A DNA stretch of 64,000 nucleotides from the human T2T-CHM13v2.0 reference genome, Homo sapiens (GCF_009914755.1 NC_060932.1); one strand, 5' to 3'. Numbered from the stretch's first letter, positions 33,590-48,921 are shown. Notes: generated from the letters alone by a model not told the origin. Translations and numbers: made by a program.

Positions 33590-34035
33590 AGTATATCAAA
33601 AATATTATCTCACCACATTTGGAGTAGCAAAAATTTAAAATAAATTTGAATATTCAATCAGGGAGAGAATTACTACATTTTAATAAACTCATACTAGAGA
33701 CTATTGTGAAGGTCTTTAAAAGCATGAAGCAGATATATGTGCATTGATCTGGAACTCATAGCAACCATATAATACAACAAGAGCAAATCACAAAATACTA
33801 TGTACAGTGGAATCTCATCTGTATTAAAAATTAAATCAAAATCTTTATGTTGGTGCACAGATGTACCAGCAAAGAAAAGGTATGAATGAGAGGCACAGGC
33901 TGCCACTGGTGAAGTGGTATTGGAGATGTGCAATATACACTATTAACTTCCTTCTGAATACATTACTGCCTTTTGAATTATTATAATAAGCAGGTTGTAA
34001 TTCAAATGACTGAAATTTTAAAAAATAAAAAGATG
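33590..34035 (+). mobile_element. Ancient L1M 3' end
   Basis: Degenerate L1ME-type 3'UTR ending aaaaataaaaa. Confidence 0.5.
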
Positions 34036-34527
34036 AGCAAAGGACACTGCAGTCAAGGAGCGAGAATGAGAACAGTCTGAGATTGATGCTGCATGGTCAT
34101 GTGGTCTGTCCCCATGGGTGGTAATAACCAGGGTGATACATCATTCTGCAGGCTGTGGGCCTTAGGTTTTCCGTTCAGAAACTGGATTTGGTTTTTCTAT
34201 CCACACAGAACTGACTGACCTCTTGGGGTCAGACTACTAACCAAGTCTCTAAAACAAGAATACATATTACTAGAATAGTAATTCTAGAATACTGATTTAT
34301 TGATATCCAATGGGGGAAGATGTCTTTAATTTCTGAGACACTTATTTGCATCTGGCTTCCAAAGTAGCCTCCTGCTGATATCAGGGTACTCAAAAATGAT
34401 CGTGAATACTAAAAACATATTATGGGGATTATTTCAGCCAAATCAGGGAATCATCTGATGACACTTTTTAGCTTTCTAGATGGTTGGAAGATAGCCTGGA
34501 GTTTTTGATGTTGTGTTTTGATGATGT

Positions 34528-34670
34528 GCTCTCTCTCTCTCTCGCTTGCTCTCTCTCTCTCTCTTTCCACTCTCCCCCTCTGTCTCTCCATCCCTCCTTC
34601 TCCTCCTCCTTTTCCTTTACTCCTATTTCCTGTTTCTCTGTTCTTTCATTTCTTCCCTCCCTCCCTTCCC
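34528..34670. repeat. CT-rich low-complexity tract
   Basis: Seen directly. Confidence 0.85.
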
Positions 34671-35631
34671 TGGGACCTTGTCTCCTTATCTTATTCCAGA
34701 GAGATGTTTTGTGGCTTAAGTATAGAGTTCGCCTTTGGGGTGTTCTCAAGACCCAGAGATTCTTTACCCCCTATTTAAGATCCAGGAGAATGTCATTATA
34801 GCCTTCTACATGCTGACTTTAGTAGAAATTCAAAATACCACTTTTAAGGTTTGATAGTCTGAGAAAACCCATCTTACTGTATGAAAAATCAATTCTCCAA
34901 GTTATAAAGTAAAACTTCATAGATAATGCTTTTAAAAATAGTAGAAAAATTAAGTCAGTACAGTTTGGATAGAACTATTTGAAGACAAAAGACAAAATAT
35001 TGGAGAAATATTAGTTAGATAAATCAGTGGACACATGATATAAATGCATTAATATTCCAAAGAGCAGTTTCCTTTGAAAAGCCTCCTTTCCCTCTTTCCA
35101 TATTGCTAGGCTTACAGGGGAAAGGCAATAATTCATTTTTTAAAAAAACTAGGGAACACAGTGGTCTCATGTGCTATGCTATTAAATCTGAGTCACTCAA
35201 CTCTCCACCACAGATATTTTTCCTTGTATGTTGATGGATTTTTTTTAAAGTACCATCAATCTGAATGACAACTTTTTCTTAAACACCTGGGCTGCTCAGC
35301 AAATACAATATGAATTTAATCCTGCTAGGAATGAAAATAGAGGTGAGCAGAGGTGCCTGTTCCCCTCTGGCAAAATTTTGACTTATGAGTTCATCCATGC
35401 TTCAAAATAACATCACAGCAGTACCTTCCATGGGTGACATGGCTCCATTAATGCTAAAGTCACACCTTGACTACAAGGAGCATGCACACCACCACCCTTT
35501 GCTGGGAAGCATCCCATCTCCCAAGTTCCATCCTTTCATGGCAGCCCCTTTTCCATCTGAGCCCATTTTTAAGATGCCACTTGTTCCCATCTTTGAGTTC
35601 CTATGGGGATCTAGATTAGAAATTTTTCACT

Positions 35632-35805
35632 CTTGCAGTAGATAAAGTAGCCACTAGCCATGTGTATATTAAAACTAAATTATACATTTATGTCTTCTGT
35701 CACATTAGAAACAGGTGAAATGCTCAATAGCCCCAGTAGTTAGGGCTACAGTACTAGGCAGTGCAGAGAACCTTTCTTTTGCCGCAGACAGTTCTAGGGG
35801 AAAAC
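35632..35805 (-). mobile_element. MER3 (hAT-Charlie)
   Basis: gtagccactagcca...tgctcaatagcc...cagtgcagagaac...cagttcta matches reversed MER3. Confidence 0.7.
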
Positions 35806-35809
35806 AGAA

Positions 35810-36295
35810 ATGGAAGATGTCTCCTGTCTCTCCTACTGCATGACGATAGCTGCCAGGTCTGGCATTTTCACAGCTGTGTCCTTAGGGTCTAGCTCAGTGA
35901 TTTTCACGTGACACATGCATAAGTCACTAAATGAATAAATGCATGAAATGAATAAAATGATCAAACGAATGAATGAATGGATATTGCCATTAATAATGGT
36001 TTTTCTTGGTCTTCCTGAAGTTTTTCATGAATTAATTCTTATTTGACCCCCATGTCTCAGCTTAAGTTATACTTCTTCAGGGAACCCCGCCCTGTCTGAT
36101 CCTCCACACTGGGCTAGGTCCTTTTCCCAACATCAGTCTTATACTCTTATGGTGATACTGCCAATACTTTCGTTAACTGCCTGCCTGGCTTTTGGTTTCT
36201 CCTCCTAAATTAACAAAATTTATTGAGAGTAGGACCTTTCACTTATTTTTTTTTTAAATCCATAACACAAGCACAGTGCCTGGGATGTTAACTGA
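35810..36295 (+). mobile_element. Two L2 3'-end fragments
   Basis: tgaataaatg/gaatgaatgaatgg tail; agcacagtgcctggg. Confidence 0.55.
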
Positions 36296-36798
36296 AAAAC
36301 TGAAGGACTCTTTTTGCCCTTTAACATTCACTTATAGGCTACTTAGATTGAAATCTAAAAGTGCTTGACTGCCTTTAGAGCTTTTCCTATAAATACTCCC
36401 CAAGTAGATTCATATGGTTAAAGAAAAACAAAAATATGTGCATAAAACCCACTACAACCTCAGGCTGTACCTTGGCTCTCTTCAGCACACTAAGGCAACA
36501 GAACTCAATCTGCACAAAACGATGAATAGGAAGCAGTTACGGGCCATTTCCTCCCAACCTCAGTGGAAACTTCAGTTGCCTTTACTTCCTGTCATGTGCT
36601 CTCCATCCCCCAGTGTCCCATACCTACTCTGTGGCTATTTAAAAACAAAGCCAGTAAGTGAAAATACAAAAACATAGTCCGATAAGGTACTGAGTATCAT
36701 CCAGGCTTATAAAGGTTATTTCCTGAATTAGTTTTCTGAGAAAAAATAAACTTACGGAAGCAATTTGCATAAAACTTTAATAGACAGTCACATTAAAT

Positions 36799-36975
36799 CA
36801 GTGTTCTTCAAATGATAGCATAAATAGAAATCACCTGCAGCATTTGTGGAACTTCAGGTGCTTGGGTTCCTCAGTAGATGGGGCAGGGATAGGGCTGGGC
36901 ATTTGAGCATCTGTCAATCAAGCTCCTGGGTGACATTAACGTAGCCTGCACATGCACTGCAAAACCTCGCTGAAA
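36799..36975. mobile_element. MER5-family hAT element
   Basis: cagtgttcttcaaa...gaaatcacctg...caagctcctgggtga. Confidence 0.65.
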
Positions 36976-38356
36976 CTAGGATTGATTTTCCTCCATCTTC
37001 TGTTTTACAAAAGAAAATAATTTTCACTTTATTTTTCTTATTTCATGGTTCAGTAATTATGTGCAAGAACAATTCAGATATTTAAATCACATCATATTGC
37101 CTAAAATTTTGTAGATTTCAAATTTTGACCAGGCCAGTGACTCTTTGCTGTCTGAAAGCTCTCATTTTTAATTTTTTTCTGTAATATAGCTGCACATCAA
37201 GCCTACAGTGTTATAATAGCTTAAATTTGTAATCCGTAGGCTCTTAAATAAAGTTTATCAATGTCTACTTAGTACACCATTTCATATATCAGCTGCAAAA
37301 ACATCTTCAGTATTATTATTCTGTGCCAAGTCTGTAATGAATAAACAGCACTGCAAACACTTCAAACCTGTTTATTCACTTTGGAGAGCTTTTCTTTGGT
37401 TCAAGTCTCAGAGGATTTTGGCTTTGACTTTTATGAGAAAGGCCTGTATATTCCTATGTCTCTTCCATTTCCCTGAAATTTTTCGGTTTACATTGTTCAC
37501 TCTGTCTTTTAGATTGCAGCAAAAAGTCAAAAAATTGACAGAATGTCCAAAAAGAGAATCTGTGGGTGGCTGTTATCCGCAGTGACTGAGTGAGAAAATT
37601 GCCTGGGTCCTGGATCAATGAGGGGCATTTGAGAGAATGCATCAAGGGGAAGACCTTGGGTACACAGTCCCCAGGAGGCAGCTAATGTGTCACGTCCTAA
37701 AATCTAATTCATGAGAAATTATTTTTATTTCAAATGAGAAGATCAATGCATAGGGAAGAAAATGTCACATTCAGTTTATTACTTTCTCTAAAATAATAGT
37801 GTAACCTGAATCTCCATTGCTATACAGTGTAAAAGAGAAAAAAAAGAATAAATGAAATCCAACTGTGTTAGCTTCACCCATTCTAAACAAAATAAAACTG
37901 CAGTTTTAGGAACCATTTCAAGTTATTTGAAAACTTTCATTTCCTAAGTCTATGCAGTTTAAATGCAGAGAACTGCATTTGAGCTCAACGTACCTTTGAG
38001 GGAAAGAAAAACATGAATATCAAATAACACTATACAGAAAGCATTTCAAGGCAATCTCTTTGATGTAGCTGAAATATCCCAGCCTCAGTGGCCCCACTAT
38101 TCTTCTAATGCAACAAGACATCAGGAATTTAATTAAAATTTAAAGATTTATAAGATCCATTCCTCTCTTGGGTAATATACACAAAGACACCATATAGGGT
38201 TTTTCTTCCTCTCTCCACTTGATTTCTACTGTGAGTTGCTTTAGTTGGGAAGTCTTTCTCTAACAAAGAAAACACTACTAGGCTGCCAGCTATCAATTCT
38301 ATATCATTAACCTCTGAAGGTCACTTTTTGTAATACATGTTATAAGAGAATGATTA

Positions 38357-40467
38357 GGACTTCTATTGTTAACTTTGACAGAGTAGCTTGTTAGGTTATC
38401 AACATATTAAACAACCTATCAACACTGTCACCAAGAGAAACGAAAAATGCTGAACAAAATATAAATAAAACAAACAAGCAAAAAATCCAGTTGTTTAAGG
38501 CACCGGAGGACAATCAAGGACACCAGGCCTTGTAGGACCAAGTCCATAAAGTGCATTGGGTGATATTTACTATACTTTTCTATTTACTGATTCCTAAGCA
38601 CACAGATCATGGTGGCTGAGCAGAAAGTGGCTCAGCATTTGATAGTCTCAGTGACCTTAGAAGAAAATAATGGGAGTTTAAAGTTGTAAAGGCAGCCAGG
38701 ACTTGAGGGACCAAAATTCTGTATGAAATTGGATCCTGGAGAATTAAGTCCAACATTTTACAACTGGTTTTTCCCTTGAAGCCTTCACCAGTTCCTACAC
38801 TGCATGGAATGGGAGGACAAAATTAGGTAGAGAGAGCCGTGGAGGGGCAAAGCCCAAGCAGAGCTTCAGGTCATCTCATGGGAATAAGGACACAAAAGTC
38901 TGAGTTTATAGCTTGCCAAAAAGAGAATTTCTAGTAATCACTCCAGACTTTCATTAGATACCCTTGAAAGGATAAACTCTGGGAAAACCAAAATGGACAA
39001 AATCTGACAATGGACAGAATCCATCTTGAATCATCTCAATCAATGGATCAGTGCATGCTCTACAACTCCTGACTGCCTAACAGAAGACAACTCAATCCTT
39101 TCTGTAGAAAGATCATGTCATAGAGTCCCTGAAATGTTGTATAATGCCCAACACTCAAGCAAAAATTATATGTGTCAGGAAATGTCCAAAAGACCAAAAC
39201 CAAGAGCAGGAAAATCTATTAGGAATAGGCCTACATGTGATCTAGATATTAAAGTTTAGGATTCAGACCTGGCAATAGCAGTGACAAATATGTTCAAAAA
39301 ATAAACTATACAATGAAGACTAGCCAGAGAACTGGGATCCATAAAAAAAGTCAAATGGTAATTATTCTAGATTGGAAAATCACATTAATTGAAATTAATA
39401 AGAGATTAATTTAAGAGGAAATTTGACTCAGCAGAAAAGGTATTTGGTGAAGCAGAAGCTAGGTCAAGAGGAAATACTCAAACTAAAGGACACATAAAAA
39501 GGGAATGAAAAATAGAGAATGTAATAGACATGTAGGACATAAGTACAAATCTAAAGTGGGTGTAACTGGAGAGGAGAGAAGGACAGAGCAAAATGAGAAG
39601 AAATACTAGATAATTCTTCCAAAATGTGAAAGATTCAAACCACTGATTCAGTAAGTTCTATAAAACGGCAATGGGATGAATAAAATAAATTCACATATAG
39701 GCATATCATGGTAAATTGCTAAAGATCAAAGAGAAAAGATTAATCTTTTCTTTTGCATGCAGAGGAAAATGATAAAACCTTCCAAGGAAGAACAATAAGA
39801 TCAAGGGCTGATTTTCCCACAGAATTAAAAGAAGACAAATTACAATGGAATTATATCACTAGAAGGCTAAAATAATACAACTGTCAATCATGAATTCTTT
39901 GCTTTGTCAAAAGATCCTTAAAAATAGAGATAAAGATATTTTTGATAATTAAAACAAGGAGAAAATTCATTGTCATTAAGCCTTTAAAAGAAATATTAAA
40001 GCACATTATTTAGGCAAATGAAAGATAAGGAAACAAAGATAAGCCAATTAAAAGACCAATATTTTAAAATTGGATAATAATACAAAACCCAACTATATGA
40101 TGCTTGTCACATAAATATAAAAACATAGAACAGTGGAAAGTAAAAGGATGGATAAGTCTTAAAAAATAACCGAGAGAAGGCTGTTAAAACTATATTAACA
40201 GGCAAAATTGGCTTTAATGAAAGTGATAATACATTCTATAATACATTCTATAATAATAAAAGGGTCAATATATTAGAAAGACATAACATTTCATAATTGG
40301 TAGGCTTCTTATAGCATAGGCCAAAAAATATATATAATACATATATATTTTGCATATTATAATGTATACATATACACTTATAAATATACATACTTTTATA
40401 TACACACATATATATCTGCTATATATATGTGTGTATATAAAAGTATGTGTGTGTGTGTGTGTGTATG

Positions 40468-40541
<74 letters not shown>

Positions 40542-41415
40542 CAGCAGAACTAAAAGGAAAAAAATCTGCAACCATAATGGAATGTTTTAACATATTCTTC
40601 CCAGTTACAAATAAAAGGAGCAAGATCCATAGAGGATTTGAACAGGTAATTAACAAACCTGACCTAAATGTATATACAGAACATTCTGCCTCATGTTTCT
40701 GAGAACCCTATATTTTGAGGCACATGTGGACCACTTATTAATAAAGGGCCATAAAACAAATTACATAGAATTTGGATTTGAGTTCTTGGCCATATTAGAT
40801 GTGAATTGGAATAATAAAATGATTTCTAGGAAATCCATACATACTAATTAATTAATTCTTATTAATATTAAGGAATTTCTTTGTAAATAACTCATGGGTT
40901 CAAAAAGAAATTACAATAAAAATAAGAACATGTTTTAGACCGAATGATAATTCTAACATGATGTATAAAATCTTGTGAGATTCAAACACAACTGTGGTTA
41001 AAGAAGCAATTATAGCCTTTAATTCACATATTAAGAATGAAGACTGAAAGACAATGATATAAGTATCCATCTCAAGAAGCTAGAAAAACAACACATTATT
41101 TTTGAAACAGATAAAAGAAACAATTCCTAAAAGGTAGAAAACAATGAAATAGAAAATTCTGTGTAATAGAAAACTTCAACAAAGCTAAAGCTGTTTTTTT
41201 TAAATATGAACAAAATTGATAAATTTCTGGTGCGATTGATTAAAAGAAAAGGCCGAGGCACAAATAATTAATGTTAGAAATGAAAAAAAACAGACATTAC
41301 TACAGAACCTAAAGAAATTAAAAATATAAAACAAGAAATTATGAACAGCTTTGTGCCAATAAAGTTGAACTTTCAAAAAAAATAAATAAATTGGATAAAA
41401 CAAAACTTGCCAAAC
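38357..41415 (+). mobile_element. Old L1M: 5'UTR, ORF1 and ORF2 N-terminal region
   Basis: gctgattttcccacagaa (ORF1), acccaactatatgatgctt and aagggtcaat (EN), catctcaagaagctagaaaaa. Confidence 0.75.
40325..40538. repeat. (TA)n/(TG)n low-complexity tract
   Basis: Seen directly. Confidence 0.9.
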
Positions 41416-41615
41416 CTTTCCTTCATATCCTCACATGGTGGAAAGAAAGCTAGAGATCTCTCTGGGGTCTCTTTCATAAGGGCATTAATCCTATATAAAT
41501 GAGGGCTCCACCCTCATGACCTATTCACCTCCTAAAGGTCCCACCTCCCAGTAGCATCGCCCTGGGGATTTCAACATACAAATTTTCGGGAGACACAACT
41601 ATTCAGTCAACAACA
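41415..41615 (-). mobile_element. MST/MLT1A LTR fragment
   Basis: cctcacatggtggaaag...gagggctccaccctcatgacc...gacacaactattcagtc. Confidence 0.8.
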
Positions 41616-42290
41616 TCAAAATGAAAATAATTGAAATAGACCTGAAGAGAGTCCATTGACATAACCAACCTGGAGAACATCTAGGCACTATTTGCTAAAG
41701 CTCACATAGCAGGCATACCCTTAAACCCAGAATTCTGTTAATATTTCTTTGTAAATACCCCACCAAAACTTGTGCAGAAGAATGTTCACAGCATTATTAT
41801 TTATAATAGCTTTGTCACCTCCAAACAAAGATGTTTTTTTCTGGACTATTCCAGGAATCAGAAAAGAAGACATCATCTTTCAAATGCTATTGACCAAAAT
41901 CTTAGTATACTGGCTAATTAGGCTTTGAGGGGTGGAAACGGTGAAAAAGAAAAAGTAGAGGTGTTTCTTGTTTTTCTGTCCTTAAAGATGGAATATTGTT
42001 TTCCTAGAAACAAAAAGGGAAATCAGCTTGACTGGAATACAGCTTATATTCCAAGACAGTAACCACTATTAAGGAGAAAAAGCAGTTCTTTAGTTTTCAG
42101 TCATTTGGTATCTTTGTATTTCATACTCTATTGAACTTTACAGCATTAGAACTTCCATTTAAGTAATACTATGTTTCCAGCTAAGGATGCATGGTCCTTG
42201 GAAACCCTTTCAGTATGATTATAATCTTGATTACTTTAATATGAAAGTAACAAACGGCAACACATACCCTGTTAAAAATAAAAAACGATG

Positions 42291-42712
<422 letters not shown>

Positions 42713-43810
42713 TTAGATAATAGGTTATATTCATGTTCAAATTTTGAAGTGGCACTATGCATTTCCAAAGATGTACCAATTTATGCTCCTATCAGTAGGG
42801 AATTAGAGTTCCTTTTGTTCCATGTCTTTGCTATTCCTTGGTCTTGTCAGAGTTTTTAACTTTAGCTGCTCTGATGAGTTTACGAAGGTATCACATAGGG
42901 GTTTTCATTAGCATTTCTCTGATGACTAATGAGGTTGAGCATCTCTTCATATGTTTATTGGCCATTTTGATATTCTCTTTTGTGAAATGTTTGCTCAAGT
43001 CTCTGGCTCATTTTTTCTTTTAGGCTCTGGTCCTTTTCTTATTTAGTTGTCATTATAAATATATTTTGGATATTAACTCTTTATTGGTTGTATGTATTAC
43101 AAATAACTCCTCTAAGTTTTTAAGTTTTCCACCTCTGTCTGAGAAAGACATTTTTAATAACCAATGTTTTTAATTTTAATGCAGCCCAATATGTATAAAG
43201 AAATAGTTTCCCATTGCAAGTCATGAAGATGTTTTTCTAAATTGTATTATAGAAGCTTTGTTGCTGTTACACATTTGTATCAATAATCCATCTAAGATTG
43301 ATATTTTTATTATGGTTTAAAGGAGAGTAAATTTTCATTTTTTTCCATATGGCTATCTAACTGACTCATCATTGAATGAAAATGCCATTCTTTCTTCATT
43401 ATTCTTTGTGTGTCAAGGTCAAGTGTCCGTGTGTGAGTGAATCTGTTTCTAGGTTTTCTACTCCATTCCACTGATCTGTCTTTCTGTCCTTGCACCAGTA
43501 TGGCCAGTCACAGTTACTGCAGCCTCATAATATATTTTGGAATGCGATAGAGCACATTCTCCTACTTTGTTCCTCTTAGTGGAGTTTATCTTGTCTATAT
43601 TTGTCCCTTCTCCACATATATTTCACAGCTAACATCTCAGTTTTCAAAAAATATCTGCTGGGATTGATTGTAATTGCTTTAAATCTATGGGGGTCAATTT
43701 GGGGAGAATTAAAATTCCTTAAAATACTGACTCTTCCAAATTATAGATATAGTACAACCACTTTTTCATAAATTTTATTAGAGTTTTCTTTGTAGAAATT
43801 GGGTATATCT

Positions 43811-44212
<402 letters not shown>

Positions 44213-44764
44213 TCAATTTTATATACTGATCAGTGTCCAGCAAACTTGCTAAACTTATTCATTAATTTTGGAATTTATCTAAAAACTATTTTGGACTTTA
44301 TACATACAAAATTATATCATCTGTAAATAATGACAATTTTTCTTCCTTTCCAGTCCTTACATTTTAGATATTTCTGTTTGTTGACATACTGCAATGGTAT
44401 CTAGAGTAAAATGTTAAATAGAAGTAGTGATAGCAGGCATTCTTATTTGAACATTTCACTATTCAGTGTCAAGTAACATTTTTGTATATTGTTTTTATTA
44501 TCAGTTACCTACTAAAAACTCTTATTAATAATTTTTATTATGAATCGGTGTTGAACTTTATCAGATGTTTTCTGCAATGATTGAAATGCTTGTATGATTT
44601 TTCTTTATTCTCTTAAGATGATAAATTTGTATTTATTGAGTTTTCAAATGTTAACCTTCCATGCTTGTCATGCTAAGCTTGATCATGATGTATTATTTTT
44701 AATTTTTTGATTGTTTAATAATATTTATTTAATTATTTTTCATCTTTGTTCATGAATAAGATTG

Positions 44765-45292
44765 TGTTACAGCAGGTAGCTAGTCAGGTATGAGCAGGCG
44801 GGAGAGGGCTCCCCACAACTCACACGCCAGGAGTGTTGGACACCCATTAGGTGATGGTCAGGCGGTTGTTAACTGTTTCTCTAAAGTGTAATTGGTCACA
44901 GCTGGCAAACCAGGACAAGGCAAGCTCCTAATAGATAGAAAACACCTGAAACTGACCAGCAGCTTCCCATTAAGTCCCCAGAAGTATGCCAACATATAAA
45001 AACCTGAAGTCAAGAGGTCAGGCTGTGCACTTGGTTACTCCAGTCGCCCGCTAGCTTTGCCCTCTTACAAGTCGTACTTTCCTTCTTTTCTTTCCTTTCC
45101 TTCCTTTCCTTGCTGTTCTAAAGCTTTTTAATAAACTTTCACTCCTGGTCTGAAACTTGCCTTGGTGTCTTCTCCTTTATTCCCTTCAGTCAAATTCTTT
45201 CTTCTGAGGAGGCAAAGACTGAAGTTGCTGCAAACCCATATGAATACACCTCCAGTAACTTGGGATAACTTGGATCTCTGCCACTGCTAACA
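44765..45292 (+). mobile_element. ERV1 solo LTR (LTR9/MER50-like)
   Basis: tgttacagcaggtagctagtcagg...ctaaca; perfect 4-bp TSD attg; TATA-like catataaaa at ~44994; AATAAA at ~45130. Confidence 0.85.
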
Positions 45293-45969
45293 ATTGGTCT
45301 ATACTTTTTCTTTGTTGTAATGTTCTTGTAAGGATTTGAACACATAAAATGTGTTCAGGATTATTGTCCCTTTTAAAATATTAAGTAGATGATTGTGTAA
45401 GATTGGCTACAAATTCTTTCATAACTGTGAGAATAATTCACCTGTGTAGTGACTTCATCCAGGACTTTTCTTTGTGCAAAATTTTAAATTATAGATTATT
45501 TTTCTTTAGGAAAATTTAGGTATACTGTTCCTTCTTGTTTAGTTTTAGTAAATTGTCCTTTTATATGAAGAATCCATTTTATATAAAATTTCAAAAACAT
45601 GTGAATAAATTTGTTCATAATACCCCCTTCTTATCTTTTGTAAGACCTGTACTTACGTCTCCTTTCTCATCACTGATATTTAATGTTCATGGCCTCTCCT
45701 TTTTTTTCAATGATTATGCTTGCTAGGGGTTTATTAATTGTATTCTTTTTAAATAATCTTTTTTGGACTTTTTTAATCCTTTCTATTTTGTTTGCTTTTT
45801 TATTATATTAATTTCTAGCTTTTTCTTTATTATTTAGTTTATTCTCATTCCTTTGGCTTTGTTATTTTCTAACGTCTTAATTTAGGTCATTGATCTTCAA
45901 TCTTCTTTTCTAGTATACGTATTTAAGGGAATAAATTTCTCTCAAAGTATTTCCCATTTTTCAGGTGTT

Positions 45970-46270
45970 ATTTATTTTTATTTTTTTTGAGATGAAGTCT
46001 TGCTCTTGTCCCCCAGGCTGGAGTGCAATGCATGATCTCAGCTAACTACAACCTCCGCCTCCTGGATTCAAGCGATTCTCTTGCCTCAGCCTCCCAAGTA
46101 GCTGGGATTACAGGTGCCTGCCACCATGCCCAGCTAATTTTTGTATTTTTAGTAGAGACGGGATTTCACCATGTTGGCCAGGCCGGTCTCAAACTCCTGA
46201 CCTCAGGTGATCTACCCGCCTCGGCCTCCCAAAGTGCTGGTATTACAGGCGTGAGCCACCGCACCCGGTC
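45970..46270 (-). mobile_element. AluS (Sq-like)
   Basis: gctcttgtc, gagtgcaatg; degenerate TSD tcaggtgttat/ttagatgttat. Confidence 0.9.
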
Positions 46271-47129
46271 TTAGATGTTATATTTTTATCATCATTCAGC
46301 TTAAGATACTTCATTATAAACTATTGTTTTCCTTTCTTCTTCGATCCATGGGATACTTTGAAGTGTATTGCTTAATTTCAAACATACTGATTTTCTAGGT
46401 CTCATTTTGTTATTGACTTTTTGCTAAATTGTACTGTGGTCAGAAAACATATATTTTGCATGGCTTTATTCAATTGAAATTTGTTGATGTTTCCTTTATG
46501 GGCCAGCATATGGTAACTTTTTAAATGAGAGAGCTTGTAAATAATGTGTATTCTGCAATTCTTTGTTGTATAATTCTACATATACAAATTTCTTATTTGT
46601 GCATTTTAAATCTTCTATATCCTTACATTTTTTTGGGTGTGTGTTTATGTTGGTAGTGAGAAACATATTGAAATATCCCACTATAATTTTCTTAGAATTT
46701 TTTAGTTTATTCATGTACTCATTCATTCAACAAAGAATTATTCTGGGCCTGTCAAATTTTAGAAAATATAGCCTATGAATTGCGTTGAGGAAGTTTTTAG
46801 TAATTAAGGAAAGTAGTTAGACTTTTATAAATTTTAAGGCAATGTTATTAGTTGCATAAAAATGTAGGATTATTATATCTTCCTATTGAGATAATAATGC
46901 TTTTCCTTTTATTTTAATAAAGTGTTTAACATCTTTTTTGAATATTTCATGGTTTATAGTCTACTTTGTCTGATATTAATATAGTTACATAATCTTCCTT
47001 TGGCTAGTGTTTGCATTCTATGTATTATTTTTTCATTCTTTTAACCTTTTCCTGTGAGGATTCCAAACATGCTCATTTTTGGAATCATCTTGGATCTGCA
47101 ATGTGGATTCATATGAAAAATAATAACAA

Positions 47130-47445
47130 TTTTATAGTACTTAATATGTTAGGCCCTAGCACATACATATTAATTCACTTAATCTGTGCAATCACCCTAT
47201 GAAAGCAATGATTATATATTCATTTATTTAATTCATATATTAATTCACTTAATCTGCATGATGACTCTACAAAATCAAATTATTATTATTATTCTCATGG
47301 TTTTACAAATGGAGAAACTGATGCTCAAAGAGAAAAAAAAAATAACTTGCTCAAAATTATAGAGCTGATGAGAGGCAGAGACAGTTTGGAAATAGCAATC
47401 TAGCTTTGGAGTCTGTTCTTTTACTTACTATCCTGTGTTACCACT
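47130..47445 (-). mobile_element. MIR with internal ~70-bp duplication
   Basis: ttttacaaatggagaaactgatgctcaaaga core; atattaattcacttaatctg occurs twice. Confidence 0.7.
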
Positions 47446-47477
47446 TAAAAAAATTGAGAGCCCAAAAATGTAATAGA

Positions 47478-48041
47478 GGGATTTATGATTCATGGACCTG
47501 CCACCAGTACAATCACTTAGGCCCCATGCCCAGAAGGGGGCCCTGTGCTTGGGGTTTAATGGGTTTAATGCCTTGCAGTGACCATCTTGAAATCCTGCAT
47601 AATTTTATCTTTGGATCTGTGCTTTGTGAGTGAAGATGGATGGGATAATGGAGCACACCCTGAAGTCTTGGAACCTCCTTTCCTCCCTTGGATGGGCTCT
47701 CAGCCATCCTCTCCCCTGACTCCATGTAGCAATCACTGTGGCCTCTCCAGCAGGTTGGGGACTCGACATGGGGAAGGTGGGATCTGGCCTTGTGCTCCGA
47801 GTCATGGGATGGGCCCAGCACCTGTGGGGGTCTATACACACCCTGTGAGTAACCCTTGCTCAAGCAGCATATTAAATCACAAACAGAAAACACTATGAAT
47901 AGGAAATATAAAACAGGTGAAGAGAGACCACGAAAGAAAAGTTTCTGTCCCCTTCTTTCCTGCTTTCTGGAAAAGGGCCTCACATTTACATTTTTCACTG
48001 GGCTTGTAAATTATGTATAATTATGTAAATTATCTAGACCT
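47478..48041 (+). mobile_element. MER45B/C (hAT-Tip100)
   Basis: ggccccatgcccagaagggggccc...gtttaatgc...catcttgaaatcc; 3' end aagggcctcacatttacatttttcactgggc...aaattatgta. Confidence 0.75.
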
Positions 48042-48921
48042 GGTAGATGCTAGTTGGTGCATTGTTTGCTGAGACCACACTTTCATTTTCTTTATCTTTT
48101 ATATCTTAAACATCTTTTAGGTACATTTTTCTATCTAGTATTCAAAACACACAACCTTTCCATAGCACTTACATACAATTACACTTTGCTGTGGATTTTT
48201 AGTTTACTGAGCATGACTACATGCATTGATCCACTGCTCCTCCTGAGTCCCCAGGTGACAGGGAAATATTGTCATCCCTGCTTTGCCGAGGAATAAGTGG
48301 GTTATGTGAGGTTTCACACTGAATAAGTGGCTGAACTGGGGCTTGAATATTGGTGTTCTAACTACAAAATAGTTTTCTTCCCACTAAATCACAACTTGCT
48401 TTTAAGAAGGCATCTTTTTTGGATCTCAAAGAGGGCAATTTCACATCCAGTATTGGCTATGGAATTCCTATATTGCATCTTTAGAATAGCTACTTATTAA
48501 GCATAAGCTTCTACTAATATGTTTTATTCACATGGCCCTTTGGTGCCAGTTTTACAATGTTTTCAGCCACAAGCAAAGAAACAAGTAGCTGAAAGCAGGC
48601 AATTAGGATTGTACTGAGAGTTTTGGAAGTGGGTGGAATGTCCTTAAAATCCAAACATCTGGTTGTTATACTTGGTGAGCAATAAATGATTAAAGTGTTG
48701 CTGACACCAGTTAGCAGAAATGTATTCCAAAGCTTTGGTTTATGTGAGTTTTGTTTTTAAAAGGGCCAATGATAAAAATATAATCATCCCAAATGTGACT
48801 AACGCACATGATTTGCCTCCCCCTTTTCAATTCATCCTGTTTAGTATTCTATAAAGTATATTAAAATGATTGGTGAAATGATGTTCATGATGAATGCTAT
48901 GTCTACAACCCCTCTAAAGCA

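Noticed and set aside
47513-47998. 161-aa minus-strand ORF
   Set aside because: It lies within a non-autonomous MER45 element and shows no recognisable transposase motifs.
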